DNA of 64,000 bases from Narcine bancroftii. Lineage: Eukaryota. Under the pieces are notes generated by a model. That model did no database searches. It was given only the letters and a program-made list of their open reading frames with translations, and was not told the origin of the DNA. The DNA is taken from assembly GCF_036971445.1 (NCBI RefSeq), contig NC_091478.1, forward strand, positions 93,868,001 through 93,932,000, written 5' to 3'. Positions 38,888 to 52,879 of the stretch are shown here, piece after piece (within the stretch, counting starts at the first letter, position 1; each line of letters starts with the position of its first letter). A program made the position numbers and the translations under genes.

Positions 38888-39817
38888 TTAGTAATCCAAG
38901 GCATCTCTGATCCATCAGTCAGATTGTTCAATGTGATTATACACCACAACATCCACCCTCATAATCTTATATCCCTCTATTCAGCCTCTCATCATTTCCT
39001 CATAAGACATTTTCTCCAATCCAGACAGCATCCTAGTTAATTTCCTCTGCACGCTCCAAAAGCTTCCACATCCTTCCTGCAATGAGGTGATCAGAACTGA
39101 ACACAATACTCTAAATATGGTCTGAGTTTTTAGAGCTCCAACATTACATTGTGGGTCTTAAACAAAATCCTCTAATGAAAGCCAGCACACAATATGTCTT
39201 CTTAATCACTCTATTAACTTGAGGGACCTGGCAGATTCCTCCTCCATTTCTCTACACTGCTAAGAACCCTTCCATTCACCATGTCCTCTGCCTTCAAATT
39301 CGATCTGTCAAAGTGCATCATTTCACACTTTTCACCAAATTGAACTCTATCTGCCTCTTTTCTGCATCCTGTTCATATCCTGTTGTAACCTACAACAACC
39401 TTCCACCATCATGTCATCTACAAACTTGTCCAAGTCATCTATTAAAATTACTGGATCACCACCAGTAACTAACCTCCAGGTAGAATACAAACCTCCAGGC
39501 ATCTATTTCCACCCTCTGCCTTCTGTGGAAAAGCCAGTTCCAAATCCATGCAGCCAAGTTTCCAGGTATCCCATGACTGTCTGGATGAGTCTACCATGAG
39601 GAAACTTGTCCAACACCTTACTAAAATCCACCTCCAACCCATTTACTGCCCTACCGTCATCAATCTTGCCTTGGAAAACTCAATGAAGCTTGTGACTTCT
39701 AGAGTCATGGATTAGCACGCTACCACATGCTCAATACAGACCTCAGAAAGAGTGACACATCAAAACATGGAACAACAACTACAACAATCTCAAATAAGGC
39801 AGTGAGAGAAGACTCAC

Positions 39818-40258
39818 TGTCAGGATCTTCTCCTGGTTACGAAGGGCATCAGGGTTGTGTTGCTGAATCAGTTGAGTAAGTGTCCTGATGGCAGCTGCAC
39901 GTGTGGACACTTCAGGATCAAATGCTGCCTCAAAGATATGGTGGAACTGGCTGGAGGAGCTGCTCCTGGCTTCTGGTTGCACGGCCATGTCTGATGTAGA
40001 TACCTCCCGATCCTCGATCACTGCACTGGCCTTTGCTGCCCGTCCAGGATCAATACATCTGTTGGCACCTTCAGTTTTGTTGCCCATGGTACAGTGAGCA
40101 GCTTCAGACACCACTTGAGTGGAGAATGCTCCGTGAGTGGCAATAGTAATGCGCAAGTCTGATGCCAACTCCTGTATTACTGGGTCAGGATGTGTGGCAG
40201 AGAGCTGAGTGAGCAGAGACAACATTGATTTCATTGCCACAAAGTCCTTGGAGGTGAG
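39818..40258 (-). CDS. TANGO6: TANGO6 exon
   Basis: LTSKDF...HPDPVIQELASDLRITIATHGAF...AFDPEVSTRAAAIRTL...QEKILT; phase 0-0. Confidence 0.94.
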
Positions 40259-40725
40259 CTGCAGATAGACAGAAAACATCATCATGAGATGAATTGGGGA
40301 GGAGGAGAATGTGGGTAGAGAGAAAGAGGGGGAGGGGAGAGAGAGGAGGAGGGGGAGATAGGGAGGGAGGAGGTGATGAGCAGGGTTGCCGAGTTCCAGC
40401 CTAACCTTCTAACCCAGACCTGCGACATCTTCATCATCTGCACTTTCCAGCTTAATGATATCTTACTGATGATTGGTTGACCAGAACTGCACCAGATATT
40501 CCAAGTGCAGTCTCACTAACATTTTGTACATCTCAACCACTGTCCTCAATGCCCTGAATGTTGAAGGCAAAGGTGTCAAATGCCTTTGTCTCCACTCTGC
40601 CTGCGTTGCAACCTTCAGTAAACTATTTATCCACCCTGAAGTCTCTCTGTTCTACACCACCCACAGGGCCCCAACGCTTACTCTGCAAGTCCTATCCTAG
40701 TTTAATATAAAAAATATAGCACCTC

Positions 40726-43663
40726 GGGGGGCGTGGCAAGATGGCGTAAGGATCAGACGTGCCTTCCAGTCCTCTCCTGACTCTATCTTATTGTTTTGTC
40801 TAGAAATGCCTGTTAAAATTCTTTAAAAGTTTAGATAACTTCAGTGCTGTTAATTTAACTTATGATGGTACAATTGGTGGAAAAGAGCAAAAAAAAACGA
40901 CAACAGATTATCAAAAAACTACATTTTCCAAAAGTTCAAGTTTTGGAGCCTACCTACAGGAAAGACATCGAGAGTCAGCCTGAAATGGATCCCAGGAGAA
41001 AGGTACAGCTTTCGGATGAAAGAGTTCAATATTACATCGGTAGAGCCCACTAAAGAGGGCGCCAAACAGCCTTTAGAACAAAGGGTTACTCAGGTTCGCA
41101 CATGTGCAGTAGCATCTGACGGCAATGTTATGAATGAACCACTTGTAGTAACATCAGTTGAAGTACCGGCTGGGGAAAGGCATTTGTCAACTGTAGCGGT
41201 GGCACTGCAAACTGCACCTTTTGAGATAAAAGAACCTATACAACTTGATGTACTGGGAGAAATTAACACATTATGGACTGGGGAAAATCCCGGCCAGCGT
41301 CCTCCAGTCATTGCTGGAGAGGTTGTGGCTGGGGTTTCCACATGCAGCTATACTACAAGGAAGGCAACCAGAATGAAGGAAGCAACAGAAGACCCTTTGG
41401 TTATGCAGAAGAAGCAGGAATCTGTTGAGCCAGAATCTCTTCCAATTGAAAAGATTCTTGTGAATCTTGAATCTAAATTATCTTATACAATGCAGGGATT
41501 ATCTAAGATTATGACTGAACTTGGTACTAGGTTCAATACTCTGATGGAAATAAATTCTCAACAGATGGCTGAGTTTGGAGCTTTTAAGCTTGAAGTGAGA
41601 GATAAATTTAATTCGTGTGAAGAAGATATAGACGAAATACGAGATCAAGTTTCAGATGTGACCAAAATGGTCGAAGACTTACAAACTCAAAATAAAAATT
41701 TGGTGAAAAAGATTGATTATTTGGAAAACCAATCCAGATGGAACAATATAAAGATTATTGGTTTGTGGAAGGAATGGAGGGACCAGACCCAAGAAAATTT
41801 TTTACTGAATGGATTCCGCAGGTGCTGGGTCAAGAACATTTCCCGGAAGGTATAATACTGGAACGTGCTCACAGAGCCTTGCGTAGATGACCTATTTCAG
41901 GTCAAAGTCCAAGACCTGTTTTGGTTCGTTGCTTGAATTATTACGACAGAGAAATAATTTTACGAGTGGCTAATAGAAATGCACAACAGAGAAAATCACC
42001 CTTGATGATTCAAAATAATCGAATTTTCTTCTATGCGGATTTGAGTCAAGAAGTTATGTTCCAACGACAGGAATTCAACTCTGCTAAAGAGTTGTTGTGG
42101 AAGAAAGGTTATAAGGCAACCTTTAGATATCCAGCTGTTTTGAAGGTTTTTCAAGATGGTTACCAACCAAAGTTCTTTGATTCTCCAAAGGAAGCTATAG
42201 CATTTGCTCAAGAGCTGCCAATTACTCAGTTTCAACAGAGACGTAGTCCGTCGCGATCTCTAAGGAGACAAGAGATGGAAGAAAAGAGCCGTGCTCCAAG
42301 AAGGAATGGTTGTAATGGTGACTCAGCAGTTGGAGCTGATTAAAAGAAGAATTGTTCTTTTTTTTTCTAATGTTTTTTTTTAAAAAAAAAGGAATATTAA
42401 ATAATGATGATGTTAGTTTAAAATGAAGTGAGAGTTGGGGGAGAGAACTGGATGGGCACTATTTCCTGAAAGTCATCTGCTACGTGTGAGTTATCTCACA
42501 CCCATTTTTTTTTGGGAGTTACCGCATTGCGCGGTTTAGACGGGAGGGGGTATTTTTAACCTCCTACCCGTTTTTTTTCCCTTTCTTTGTATTATTAAAG
42601 AGTGAAGGGTTTTTTTTGTGTTTATAAAAAAAGCATAAGAAAGTATTTGATTGTTTAAAAAACTAAAAATTGATGTGGTTTTTTTTTGTAAAGTTTATTC
42701 AGTAGATAAGGAATATTTGAAATTTAAATGTGAATGGGATGGATAAGTTTTTTTTACATTTTTTCTTTAACTTTAAGGTGAAAGGAGTGGTAATTCTGGT
42801 GTATATTATTTTGCTATTTTAGTTATAGAACGAAGGGAATAATGGTGAAAGTTATAAATTGAATTGTACAATTCTTAATGAGGCTTGAATTTTGTTTGTG
42901 GTTTATGCTCAATTTGTTGAAGATATAGATTTCGTTGTAGATGTGTTTTTATTATTTGGATATCTGAATTTTAGCGTAATGATTGGGGATATTTAAATGT
43001 GGTATTGGAGCTTAAGAGTAAAAGGGAAAAATGGTGGAAGAGTACTAAAATTGAATTGTACAATGTTTAATGAGGTTTGAATTTTGTTTTAAGATGGTAG
43101 TTTATGTGACTAATATGATGATAGATGTGAAGTTAGTTGATATTTGGTGAAGGTTTATCTCTATAGAGAAAGTTTTTTTTTCATTTTTTTTCTCATGCTA
43201 CAATTTTTTTTAAAGAATTGATTATTGTTTAAGAATTTTTGATAGACAATGTTACTAACTTTACTAATTTTTTATATTAAGTTTGAGTTAAATATATGTT
43301 TCATCTTAACTCTGTTTGTTAAATATATGCATTTAAGTTTGATTTAAATATGTTTTTTAAGTCTGATATCTTAGTATTAATTACTTTTCTTTTTGTTAGT
43401 ATTTTAATCGGTTATGTTTTTGTTTTTTTTGTAAGTGGGTTTTTTTCTCACATATTATTAACTTTAATTCTTCACTTTATTTTGTGGGGGGAAGGGGGGT
43501 TGGAGTAATTTGAGTTGGGTTATTAATGTGTAATAATTATTGGGGAGGGTATAGTTTATTTAGATTACTGATACTGTATTGTAATTTTATTATTTTGTTC
43601 TTAATTTTTTTAAATGTAATTCTATATGTTATTCATGTTATAAAATCTTAAATAAAGTTTAAA
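40726..43663 (+). mobile_element. Full-length ORF1-only L1 derivative (HAL1-like, non-autonomous), in a TANGO6 intron and antisense to the gene
   Basis: 17-bp TSD AAAAAATATAGCACCTC (40709-40725 and 43664-43680); 5' GGGGGGCGTGGCAAGATGGCG with YY1-type core; L1 ORF1 motifs (LENQSRxNNIKIIGL, LERAHR, PRPVLVR, FYADLS, FRYPAVLKV); AATAAA at 43651 plus A-tail; no RT domain. Confidence 0.88.
40862..42343 (+). pseudogene. L1 ORF1p (coiled-coil, RRM, CTD), disrupted
   Basis: ORF pieces 41016-41855 and 41921-42343; frameshift near 41765 and in-frame TGA near 41888; exact start uncertain. Confidence 0.8.
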
Positions 43664-43727
43664 AAAAAATATAGCACCTCAAGGAAAACAATGATTGGGC
43701 ACCAAATACGAAGCTTCCTTCGCTCAC

Positions 43728-43862
43728 CTGGACAGCTCCTCCAAGCATTGCTGCTATCAGTCCCATTCCCATGCTCAGTGTCTGTGCTTCCACCATCTCC
43801 TCAGTTCTATGCACCATGCTCATGCAGGAACGCTCCAACGTGGCAACGATAAATTCAATGAC
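43728..43862 (-). CDS. TANGO6: TANGO6 exon
   Basis: VIEFIVATLERSC...QTLSMGMGLIAAMLGGAVQ; phase 0-0. Confidence 0.93.
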
Positions 43863-45019
43863 CTGGAGCACAATCAGGTTATAACAGAGAGGTTAGTTCA
43901 GGATCTGCCTGCTGTTAACAATATTATCTAATAAGTGAATATTTTCCACATGTGAATTGCAGCCAGTATTCCGCAGTTTCAACAGAACCTGTAACTGAGG
44001 GAAGTGTGGTGTACTAAAAGTGTGGTGTACTAAAATCCCCATTATCTGGCAACAAAAAAAACCCAGAAAAACTGAGCCCCCCCCGCCACCCCCCACAACC
44101 GGCTGAGTCTCAGTCAACTGAAAAATTCTCATTTCCAGTATCTGTGGTTCCCATAGGTGCTGGATAACAGGGATTTTAGTGTTGTTGTTAACAGCGGCAG
44201 TTTTTCCACTTATTTTGAGATGTATACAAGCAGGCACCCTGTGGCCTGGCCTGTGGGTTGTCAGGCTCTGCGACATTCATCTGCCAGCTATATCTAATCA
44301 GGCTTCTGTTTCCGGACAATAGGCAAGTTCTAATGAAAAGTCCATAGTCTGAAACTTAAATGCTGGTCCTTTCTCTACAGAGGATTCCCGACCCGTTATA
44401 CATTTTCAGAACCTAATTTCCAATGTCTCAGTGCTTTTCCTTTTGTGTACAGGTTCATGTTATGATCAAGTGACACACTGATCAACTAAATAAGCATTGC
44501 GGCTTTCTGTATAATGCTTTGTATCTGCAGTAGAGTATGGTGTCAGAATTAATATGGATCTATTTGTTGTGTTGCTTGCACTTGCAGATGCATTCACATT
44601 CTCATTGGAACCAAGGAGTCTAAGTGGATTGCATTAGTCAGTAGTCACCATCAACATCCAGATCTCCAACGTTAACTTTACAATGCACAGGGATTGTTCA
44701 AAATTCTCTGACCACTGTGATTAATACATTCACCGCTGGAATGAATTTATTCTTTAACTCAACATGGGCTCGTTTATTATCATATTACCGAGAAAATAAA
44801 AATTTAATCAATTCTCAACTTAAAAGCCACAGCTAGTCAAGAAAATTGAGCTGTGAAGAGGAGCTACTTTGTCCACGTCAGTATTTATTGCCTCCAGCTG
44901 CTGCAATGGAGAAAAGTGCATCACCAATCCACTCCCTTACCCCCCAACTTTGAAGATTACCACGGGGAGCAGTGAGGCTGCAGGATGCAACAAAAAGTAA
45001 CCAACATTATAGAGCTCAC

Positions 45020-45175
45020 CTGGACAGTGTTGCTGAAGACAGAATGACCGATTTTCTCGCACATGACAGCTACAAGCTGAACAGTGATCAGTTGCTGCTG
45101 CTGTAGATCAGGCAGGTCGCCAGTGCAATTTGGTGCTGAGGTGCAGTTAGCCCCTCCCGCTAAGCAGGCAAGACC
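45020..45175 (-). CDS. TANGO6: TANGO6 exon
   Basis: GLACLAGG...QQQQLITVQLVAVMCEKIGHSVFSNTVQ; phase 0-0. Confidence 0.88.
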
Positions 45176-45696
45176 CTGAAGAATCAACATAGTTAGTCAG
45201 TGAACCTACATCATGAACCTGAAATGTCCAATGGACCAGCTACACTCCTCCAGAGCTGTACAGCTGATGTTATTGCTCAGCTGCAGCATTCTGGCAGTAG
45301 CCCTGAATGGATCAATGTCATTGGTGGGCCTCAGCACCAGAGAGGATCAACTCAGTGCAGCCAGTTCCTGCACCATTGGTGTTACATTGTGTGCAGCCCC
45401 CTATCAGACCCCAGCAACCCAGACAATAGGAGGGGCAGTGTGAGACCGCTTGAGTCATACAGGGCTAGGCATCCCTGATCCCACCAGTGCAGGTTAGCTG
45501 ATCACCCTGATCTGGTCTGTGGGAAGAGGCCGGGCCACTTGGAGGTAGTGGTGGGATCTGCTCCTGATGATAGATGATAGAACCAATGGGGCAGGAGCCA
45601 TCCCACCCCCCCCCCCCCCCCTGTTAATTCTTCCGACTGCAGCCCATCATTGGGTGCTCCAACACCAGAATGACTAAGGCAGGAACAGGGCCCTAC

Positions 45697-45823
45697 CTTC
45701 AAACACTCGATGAAGAAATCTCCAGCGATGTTGCTCTCCTTCAGGCTGCTCAGTAAATCTGCCAGACACTCGGCCCGCCACTGGTCCCAGTACACTTTCC
45801 CATACAAGACTTCATCGTCATCA
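45697..45823 (-). CDS. TANGO6: TANGO6 exon
   Basis: (S)DDDEVLYGKVYWDQWRAECLADLLSSLKESNIAGDFFIECLK; phase 2-0. Confidence 0.92.
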
Positions 45824-45914
45824 CTGATTCAACCAAAAAGTCCAAGGAGGAAAATAGGCATTAAATGCCAGCACAGACCTGAGGATGGTCCAGCGTGGCT
45901 CTCATACCTTCAGT

Positions 45915-46040
45915 TAGGCCAGCCACCCACCCATCTGCAGGCCCAGGGACAGGCTGGCATGCCCACCTACCCCCCACAGGCCCAGGGACAGGTTGGCACA
46001 CCCACAGGCCTGGGGACAGGCTGGACCAGAGACAGGCCCA
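45915..46040 (+). repeat. Degenerate GC-rich minisatellite
   Basis: CAGGCCCAGGGACAGG(C/T)TGG core in about 3 copies. Confidence 0.65.
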
Positions 46041-48487
46041 TCAAGAAACAGCCGATGGAATTTAACGTGTTCCACTTTGGGAAATCAAACCAGGACAGGA
46101 CTCAAGAGTAAATGACAGGTCTCGAGAGAGTGTTGTAAAATAGATCATAGAGGTACAGATACATAGTTCCATGAAGGTGTGACACCAGCAGGGTGAAGTT
46201 AGCAGTGTTAGGCACACTTGCCTCCGTTGGCAAGGACATTTAAGTACAGGAGTTAGGATGTCATGTTACAACTGTACAAGACGTTGGGGAGAACCAGACT
46301 TGCAGAATTGAGTGCAGTTCTGATTGCACAATTTAAGGAAGGATGTCATTAATCTGACAAGGAAACAGAAAAGCTTCACAGATGGGGAGTTTAAGACTAA
46401 GGAGCAGCTGAGGCACATCTCCCTGGAACATAGAAGGCTAAGGGGTGACCTTGGCATTTTATAAAATTATGAAGGGCATGGACAAGGTGAACGGTCAGTC
46501 TTTTTCCCAGGGTGGAGAAGCATGGACAAGTTAAGCTGAAGATCTGTTTCAGTGGTGTGATACTCTTGAGTTTCAAGGGTGTATTGAAATGCTGGAGCTA
46601 CTGAAGTTTACAATTGCGTCACTGAATGCAGTAAAGAACTGCAGGCCACAGCTGCTTCGAGACGGTGTTGCTGCAGGGGAGGTCAAGAGCCTACACGTTC
46701 TGATGATGATCTGAGGATCTGCCTTGAAACACTGATAGTCTGAAGCCACAGTGCAGGCTCCTGGATGATACTAAACACTACAATCTCAAGTGACATCTTT
46801 TCATCTTTATTAGTTCTCTATCTGAGATTGATTCAGCATGTTTTCCCCTCTCTTTTCTCTGGAAGTGAAGAACAGGCCAACCTCTCCTTGCTCTGTATTT
46901 CACAACTCCCACATTAGGACATGGAAATCTATAGCACAGTACAGGCCCTTCCAGCCTATAGTGTTGTGCCGACCTAATAACCTATTTTAGCACTGCCTTG
47001 AATTTCTCCATTGAATAACCCTTCATTTTTCCAAGTTCCATGCACCTAATAGTCTCTTAAAATAACCTATTGTACTGTCTCCACCACCACTACCGGCAAC
47101 GCATTCCATGCACCCTCCACTTTCTGTGTGAAAAACGTACTTCTTACATCCCCTCTGTACTTACTCCAAGCACCTTAAAACTATACCTCCTGGTGTTAGC
47201 CATTTCAGTCCTGGGAAAAAGACTCTGGCCATCACCATGAATAATACCTCACATCTATCAGATGACCCCTCATCCTCTGTCGCTCTAAGAAGAAAAGACC
47301 AAGATCATTCAACCTATCCTCATAAAGCATGTTCTTCAATCCACTTGTAAATCTCCTCTGCACCCTCTTTATAGCATCTATAGCATCCATGACAAGAATT
47401 GAACACTATATTTCAAGTTGGGTCCATGTTCTTCTCTGACTGCAATCATTTACTCAATGACCAGATCACCTTGAATTCATGGAGTTTTAGAGTATGGAAA
47501 CAAGCTCTTTGGCCCAACCTGTCTATGTTGACCAAGTTGTCTACCCAAACTAGTCTCACTTGCCTGTGTTTGGCTGATATCCTTCTAAACCTTTCCTATT
47601 CATATCCCTAAGTGTCTTTTAAACATGATAATTGTACCCACTTCTACCACTCCTTTTCCTCCACCACTCCACAGAAATATTCCAATCTACTTAGCCTCTC
47701 CTTATAACTCAATCACTCCAGACCAAGTAACATCCTTGCAATTTTTTTCTGTACTCCTTCCAGCTTTATATTTTCCCCAAAGCTGTGTGACCAAAACTGT
47801 GCACAATACTCCAAATGTGCCCCTACCAAGGTCTTATGGAATTGTAATCTGATGTCCCAATTCTTGTACTCATGCCCTGACTCATGAAGACAAGTATGTC
47901 AAATGCCTTTCTCACCATCCTGTCTTCCTCTTCTCTTTATCAACATAGAACAGTAAACCTTGTTTGCAGCCGATACCACACCTCAAATTCCCCCCAGTTA
48001 ATATTGAGGAAGCAGAAATGTTCTCGTACTATAACCCTTTTAACTTCTTTACACATTTGCTCCTCTATCACTGGCTATAACAAACCTGTAGTATGCATCA
48101 AGTCAAGTGATCACCCTCTTTATGGTCCACCTTCATTAATGAAATCATTACCATTGTGTCACCTGCTTTCCTCTCCAATGCCCCTCCACCTCCACAGCTA
48201 TACCCCAGGATGCTGAGTGCCTGTCCTGCCCTTATTTCAATTTTGGAGCACCGTCTCACCCAAAATAACAACCAACCAAGCTCCACAGATGCTGCCTGAC
48301 ATAATTTTCACAGTAATAATGCTTTAATTTATATATTTCGGAACCCTCTGTACCCCCCCCCCCCCCCTAGAATTATTAAACTAAATTTGACAGTGTGTCA
48401 CTCAGGATTGAGTAGAAAGCTTGAATATACCTTGGTTAAAGGGGTTGGTTTAAAGGAGAGATGTGGTTTTTGGGAAGTGTACCTTAC

Positions 48488-48664
48488 CTTACTGTCCTCT
48501 TTGAAATGAGCTTCACACCTCCCTCGCTACCTGCTGTGAACTGGTTCAGTGGCTGCAAGGAAGGAATCAGTGGCAACAGGCCTGCAAGTTGTTTCAGCAT
48601 TTGTAGAGCTACTTTTGTCTCTGATTTTTGAAAGAACCACAGAAGAATTTCCTGGCAAGGAGTC
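48488..48664 (-). CDS. TANGO6: TANGO6 exon
   Basis: (R)TPCQEILLWFFQKSE...QFTAGSEGGVKLISKRTV(S); phase 2-2. Confidence 0.9.
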
Positions 48665-49782
48665 CTGATGAAATACAAAAGTGTCAAAATATAAGAACAG
48701 ATAAAAGTGATGACTGATCTCATAGACACGAGTTCAAAACAATTTTTAATAATAAATTGAGTGATAGCCACTTTGTAATTAACCATTTCATTGTCATTTG
48801 AGCAGAACTGAAGCTTGTCTAGATGCTTCTTCAGATGTTGTGAGAGTCTCTGCCTCTATCATTTCTCAGGCAGATCCAAACACCCTCTGGATGGAAAAAT
48901 GTTTCATTATATTCCCTCTAAACCTCGCACTGCTTTACCTTAAACCTCTGCCTTCTGTTTAAGGACACCCTATTTCTGGAGAAAAGTTTACAGCCATCTC
49001 CCCTACCTATGCCCCTCATAATTTTATTGACTAAATCAGGCCTTCCCTCTTCCTTCTGGTCTATCCAATCTCTCAAGATCCTGGTGAATCTCCACTACAC
49101 CCACTCCAAATAAATTATAATTTATACAATGTGGTGACCAAATCTGAACAAAAGATTTCAAATGTGGTCTCATTTATTTTAAATCTGTAACTTCTCTGCT
49201 TGTATTCTGAGTTGAGTGAGGGTAATGTGACGAGAAAGATTTTATACTTCCATGTAATCTTCTGCTTCAGCAAGCTATAATGTGTTTATAATGCCTAGGA
49301 TTCCTTGTGCTTCATGAACCAATGTCTTTCTGTCTCCATAAACCAGTTCCTTCCCCATCTCCCAAGTTCTTCTTCCAACTAGTGCAAGGGGCTCATGCAC
49401 TCCTTTTACTCTATACCCTTGGCCCTAGCTCACTGGTTTGTCCCAAAGCTATATGGAATCTAACCACATAGCACAAGTTCAAGTGGCTAAATGTTTGACT
49501 TGGAATAAACAATGAGATGTTGGAGAAATTCAGTAGGTCAGGCAGCATCCATGGTCAGAAATGATCTGTCAATATTTTATTGAGTAAAAAAAAACAATAA
49601 CTAACCATTATGGCCACGGACACTGTTAACCTGCAGAGTTCCTCAGGATTCCAGCATCTACAATTCTTAAGGCCTCTCTATTTGCCTCCCTTATGGTCTG
49701 GTTTTCTGTCCTCTGTGCTGTTCAAACACCTGATTTATGTGGCCAACACCATCCAAATATCCTGGTGGGATTACCCCACTCA

Positions 49783-49989
<207 letters not shown>

Positions 49990-51686
49990 CTAAGAGAGAA
50001 AAGACAAACACAACAGCAATTACTATGAAATATAACTCCAGGTTGCATGCCCAGACTATACACTAATACAAGCCCAGACTATCCACTAACTTACACTCAG
50101 ATCACATTCTAATGTAACAAACTCTTGTGACCTGGTATGCGCTGGAGATTTTCCTGGGCTCAGATTGTGTTTAATCTGGGCTTGTATTAGCATATGGGAA
50201 ACAGTCAGTAGGGGATAGGAATTACCTGTGTTTCCACTTCAGTTCAGGTTAAAGACTGCATTGGGGAGAGAGCCTTCAGTAGGAGGAAAGGAGAAAGTTC
50301 CTTTTTTTTAAATTTCGGATTTATAGCATCTGCAATGTATAAATTTTAATTTCTTGGTCCTATGATTGTTTTGGGCCCAGTGCTCATGGATCCACGGGTT
50401 TGGAACTGCCCCAAGTACCAAGGATGTGGGACGAGCCCCAAGGAAACTGGGTATGGACTCTAGACCCTGGGGATGGGTCAGGTCCTGAGTCCTGGGACAC
50501 CTAGAGAGGAAGGGCTCAGAGCCCCAAAGATGCCTGGGGGTGGGACAGGCCCTAGATACTAGCACACACTAATATAAACCAAATTGACTCACTAAAACAC
50601 CCCTAAAGCGCACAGCAATTGGCACAGATTCATTCATCTCCATCGTCACATATTAACAATCAAGAGTTATACAATAAAGTTCTCTATGAATAAAAATTCA
50701 CTAAATATACAGCAAATCACACAGGAGGCCCAGATTATACTCTAGTATACAGCTCACAGAACAGGTTGCTGTTGTCAAAGTTCTTTTTCATTGTTCTTCA
50801 TAACCCTGCCGAATGCTTCACAAACTTTTCCTCAACTGTAAGTTTGTTCAAATTCTTAAAATATTTCCATTATTCTCCAAGTCGCTGCATAATCCATGAG
50901 AATCTGAACCAGCATGGAATATACATTAAATATTCTAATTACACCATGAATGTTGATGATTGCCACCTGGTGCATCTCAATGAGGAAAAAAGTGAATCAC
51001 AAACCACGATCAAAGCAGAGATCACATCTTTAACACATTCTACCTGCAACCTGTCATCCTGAACATACGAAGCAACATAAGCACAGACTCAAACAATCCG
51101 GACAACAATGAAATATCCATGTTAACAAACTAACCTTCAAAATACTGAATCCTCTGCATCTCACCTGATGCAATGGATTCACGGGCTTACCCACATCTAA
51201 TCCCAAGTCCATACCATTCCCACACTGACGGATTCCAGAGATTTGCCAGCTGATGACAAGATGACTACTTCGTCCTTCCTAAATACAGGAATTACATTTG
51301 CTACTTCCCATTCTGCTCGGATTTCTGGAAGCCTGAAAAATTTGAAAAAGCTTCTTGGGAATTTGTAATGGCCCATGAATATCCTGGACTGCAATAAGAA
51401 ATCTGAGACTGCATGTTAAGCTGAAGCTCTCCCCAGGTCGTAATTTGATGAGTGCTAATAACTTATTGCCTGCAATTTCAGCAGCTGTGAGGAAAAAAGA
51501 ACAATTAGTGGAATTAAACATTAAAGCTGTTCAAACTAAACCTCTGCAAAGAGTCTTACTGGCACAAGTGCAAATGGCTTTATACATATGACCACCTCAA
51601 TGAGGAGAAACTCTCATTTCCCAGGAACTTGCCCCAAAGGCAGAGTTTGATCTGCGGAAAAAAAAAATCAGGCTTGTTGGTCTTAC

Positions 51687-51769
51687 CTTGTACACATCCT
51701 CTACGGATCTGGTCAACTCCAGTTCTCCCACAATCACAACTTCCTCCTGCCCAGACTCCTCTGCCATCC
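51687..51769 (-). CDS. TANGO6: TANGO6 exon
   Basis: (G)MAEESGQEEVVIVGELELTRSVEDVYK; phase 1-0; AAG|GTAAGA donor. Confidence 0.88.
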
Positions 51770-52879
51770 CTGAAACAAAGGAGCACGGTTCTGAAATGCA
51801 AATCCCGACTGCCCAACAGAATGGCCAATTGGGAAATTCAACGTTAAGAAAATTATGTTGAATGAACTCTTAAATGTACCAAATCATTATGTATCCCATG
51901 TACCTTAATCTTCTGGTTCAGCCTACTATTAGGAACCTTGTCAAACAACTTCCACTGTCCTACCCTCATCAATCATCGTTGTCACCCCCCCCCCCCACCC
52001 CAAGAGGATACAAAGATTTCTATCAAGACACCAGCAATTTATTTTCTTAATAACCTGAAACAGATCTCATCACACCACAAGGACTTATCCATTTCAATGT
52101 TCTTCAAAGGACTCAATACATTGATAGCCACATGCCCTAGAATATCAGCATATCCCACATCGATCTCACTATCCTTCATGCCTTTCTCTTTGGTGCAACC
52201 AATGCAAAATACTCCTTTAGTTCTTGGAGCCATTGAAAGTGTGCAGTGAACTAAACGAGTTCAAGCCCAAATTCCCTTCTCTTGATTTTTAATGTATGTA
52301 TAAAATGCCTTGGGATTTTCTCTAATCTTACCCATCACAGATTTTTCATGGCTTCTTTTGGCTCTCCTGATTCCTTGTTTGAACTCGTTTCTGCTTTCTT
52401 TAAGGATCCTCTCCGATTTCAGTTCCTAAACCTTAACAGGCGATTCCTTTTACTTTTTGACCAATTTTCCAACAACTCTTGTCATCCAAGGTTCCTGAAC
52501 CTTTACATCCCTGTTTTCCTTCCTCATGGGAACATGCAGGTCCTGGATTCTGATTAGCTGGTCCTTAAACAACTCTGACAGATCAGATGTGGAGCTGCTC
52601 ACAATCAATTCCCCTGAACTCCTGTCTAATAATGTCATAATTTCCCCTCCCTCAACTTTGAATTTCCCAAGGTCCAGATTTATCCCATTCATTACTGCAT
52701 CTTAACCAGATACTTATAAAATCAAAAAGAAAAACTAATTGAATTAATGTAAATAAATAAATAAATACACAGGATAGATAATAAATATTCATAGTATTCC
52801 TAATGCAAAAAAAGTGACTTGCAATAATGCAGACAGTCCTTTTGTGGTGTTGGAGTGGTTCATAATTAGTGTAACATAG

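Noticed and set aside
51165-51260. Possible extra TANGO6 exon with a CAG|GTGAGA donor
   Set aside because: The exon chain is complete and phase-consistent without it, and adjacent sequence is CR1-derived
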